64,000 bases of DNA from Mobula hypostoma (Eukaryota): NCBI RefSeq assembly GCF_963921235.1, contig NC_086097.1:73224001-73288000 (forward strand). Reading direction: 5' to 3'. Shown here one piece after another: positions 62,066 through 64,000 of the stretch. A program made the translations under genes and the position numbers. The notes beneath the pieces are model-generated. The model was not told where the DNA came from, ran no database searches, and worked only from the letters and a program-made list of their open reading frames with translations. Within the stretch, counting starts at the first letter, position 1, and every line of letters begins with the position of its first letter.

Positions 62066-62594
62066 GAGCACGAGTGGGTCTGCAGATGTTGGAATTTCGC
62101 AACAACACACAAAATGCTGGAGGAACTCAGCAGGTCAGGCATCACCTAAGGAACTGAAAAAAAGTTCAACATTTCGGGCCAAGGCCTTTCTCCAGGACTG
62201 AAAAGGAAGGGGGAAGACAGCAGAATAAAAAAGCGGAGAAAGGGGAAGAAGGATAGCTGGAAGGTGATGGATGAAGCCAGTTGGGTTGAAAAGATAAAAG
62301 GGCTGGAGAAGAAAGGGTCTGATAGAAGAGGAGAGTGGACCAAAGGAGAAGGGGAAGGAGAAGTGGACCCAGAGGGAAGTGTCTCAGAAAAGGTGCATGG
62401 TGTGGTAGCAAGTCTGGGTGAGTACATGGCCAAAGAGTCAGAGGGCAGCAGAGATCATGGGGAGCAGTGAGAGAGGGTCTCACTGAGCTCCCGTCAAAGA
62501 GAAAATATACACTTCAGGGAAGACACCCCTTGAACGGACTTCGCAGCGGAGTAGCAAAACGTAAACATGAGCAAGTCTGCAGTTGTTGGAAATG
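62066..62594 (-). mobile_element. Short internally deleted PLE with direct terminal repeats and decayed hammerhead
   Basis: The terminal motif (C.GAG....TCTGCAG.TGTTGGAA) occurs at both 62069 and 62566. Reverse complement of 62163-62200 reads CAGTC-CTGGAGA-A-AGGCCTTGGCCC-GAAAT-GTT-GAACT. Confidence 0.7.
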
Positions 62595-62939
62595 TTTTTC
62601 ATGTTAATGATGGTAGATGCAGACAGATGTACTGAATGCTTACCACTGTTTTAGTTTTTGTTAAAAGGTTTATGTTACTGTATTTTATCCTTCAGCTGTA
62701 ATTTGATAGAAAGGTAGTTTGTAACTAGATAGAAAGTTTTGACGGCAATGGGAATTTCACAGCAAGTGCATTTTGTTGTTATTGAAACAGTCATTTAGTA
62801 TCAAAGTGACTGAGTATCAAGATGCTGCAGACCAGTCAACATCTATGGAAAAAATGCATGATTTTTTTTCTTTGAACAGATACTGCCTGACCTGCTGAGA
62901 ATTTTCATCTTTAATTTCAAATTACCAGTAAGTTACCTT

Positions 62940-64000
62940 TTGATGTCAAAGACAGCATAAAAGCAAAAGAGAGGGCATATAATATAGCAAAAATTAGTGG
63001 GAAGTTAGAGGATTGGGAAGCTTTTAAAAACTGACAGAAGGCAACTAAAAAGCCACAAGTAGAAAAGAGATGAAATAGGAAGATAAGCTAGCCAATAATA
63101 TAAAAGAGGATAGCAGAAGTTTTTTTTCAGATATATAAAGAATAAAAGAAACGGATAGTTGTATCAATCTGCTGGTAAGTGATGCTAGAGAGGCAGTAAT
63201 CAGGGACAAAGAAATGGCAGATGAACATGAAGTATTTGCACTGTGGAAGGCACTAGCAGCATAGCAGAAATTTGAGTGTGTCAGGGGCCAGAAGTGAGTG
63301 TCGTTGACTTCCCCTTCTAAGGGGAATAGTGTTTGGGAAGCTGAAATGTCTAAAGGTAGATAAGTCAACGTGGACCAGATGGACTATACCCCAGGGTTCT
63401 AAAAAAAAAGGTAGCTGAAGAGATTGTGGAAGCATTAGTAATGATCTTTCAAGAATCACTAGATTCTCGAATGGTTCCGGAAGACCGCAAAATTACAAAT
63501 GTCACTCCACTCTTTAAGAAGGGAAGGAAGCAGAAGAAAGAAAATTGTAGGCCAGTTAACCTGCCTTCAGTGATTGGAAAGATGTAGGAGTCCATTATTA
63601 AGGATGAGATTTTGCGATACATGAGGCACATGACAAAATAGGCCAAAGTCAGCATGGTTTCCTTAAGGAGAAATATTGCCTAACAATTCTGTTGGAATTC
63701 TTTGAAGAAATAACAGGTAGGTTAGACAAAGGTGGATGTTGTTTACTTAGATTTTCAGAAGTCCTTTCCAAAGGTGCCATGCATGAAGCTGCTTAACAAC
63801 GTAAGGGCCCATGGGATTAAAGGAAAGATGCTGACATGTACAGAAGTTTGACTGACTGGCAGGAAACAAAGATTGTGAATAGAGGGTTCCTTCTTTGGTT
63901 GGCTGCCAATGGCTAGTGGTCTTCTACATGGGTTGATTTTGGGACTGCTTCTCTTCGCATTTAGTAGTAATGATCTGAACGATGGAATTAATGACTTTGT
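62940..64000 (+). mobile_element. CR1 ORF2 linker/RT fragment, decayed; runs off window end
   Basis: Closely parallels 51530-52510 (GAGGATTGGGAAGCTTTTAAAAAC, AATGTCACTCCACTC, VVYLDFQKSF). Confidence 0.9.

Noticed and set aside
1..64000. CRISPR array, operon or other prokaryotic system
   Set aside because: No regularly spaced repeat-spacer array or gene-dense region. The content is vertebrate transposon debris.

Overview
This 64-kb window is repeat-dominated eukaryotic non-coding DNA. The mix of CR1, Rex1/Babar-like LINEs, V-SINEs, Penelope-like elements (PLEs) and Tigger/hAT elements suggests a cartilaginous fish, probably a ray. That attribution is inferred from recalled repeat families, not from a search. 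I found no recognisable host-gene exon, tRNA, rRNA or CRISPR array, and every recognisable ORF is transposon-derived. The best-defined elements are: a full-length, mutated L1-clade LINE (44038-49775, minus strand, 17-bp target-site duplication [TSD]); a decayed Buster/Charlie-type hAT transposon (38437-40890, 8-bp TSD); a hAT-like MITE with a 6-bp TSD (29745-30560); two solo LTRs; a HERO-like restriction-endonuclease LINE 3' end; and several nested insertions. The most notable signal is about nine copies of a minimal type I hammerhead ribozyme motif (CUGANGA...GAAAC-GUC with a palindromic, loopless stem III) in PLE terminal repeats. These occur as solo, inverted-pair and internally deleted units. 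There is also a ~195-nt fold-back hairpin inside an old CR1 (7611-7804). Boundaries of old repeat fragments are approximate.
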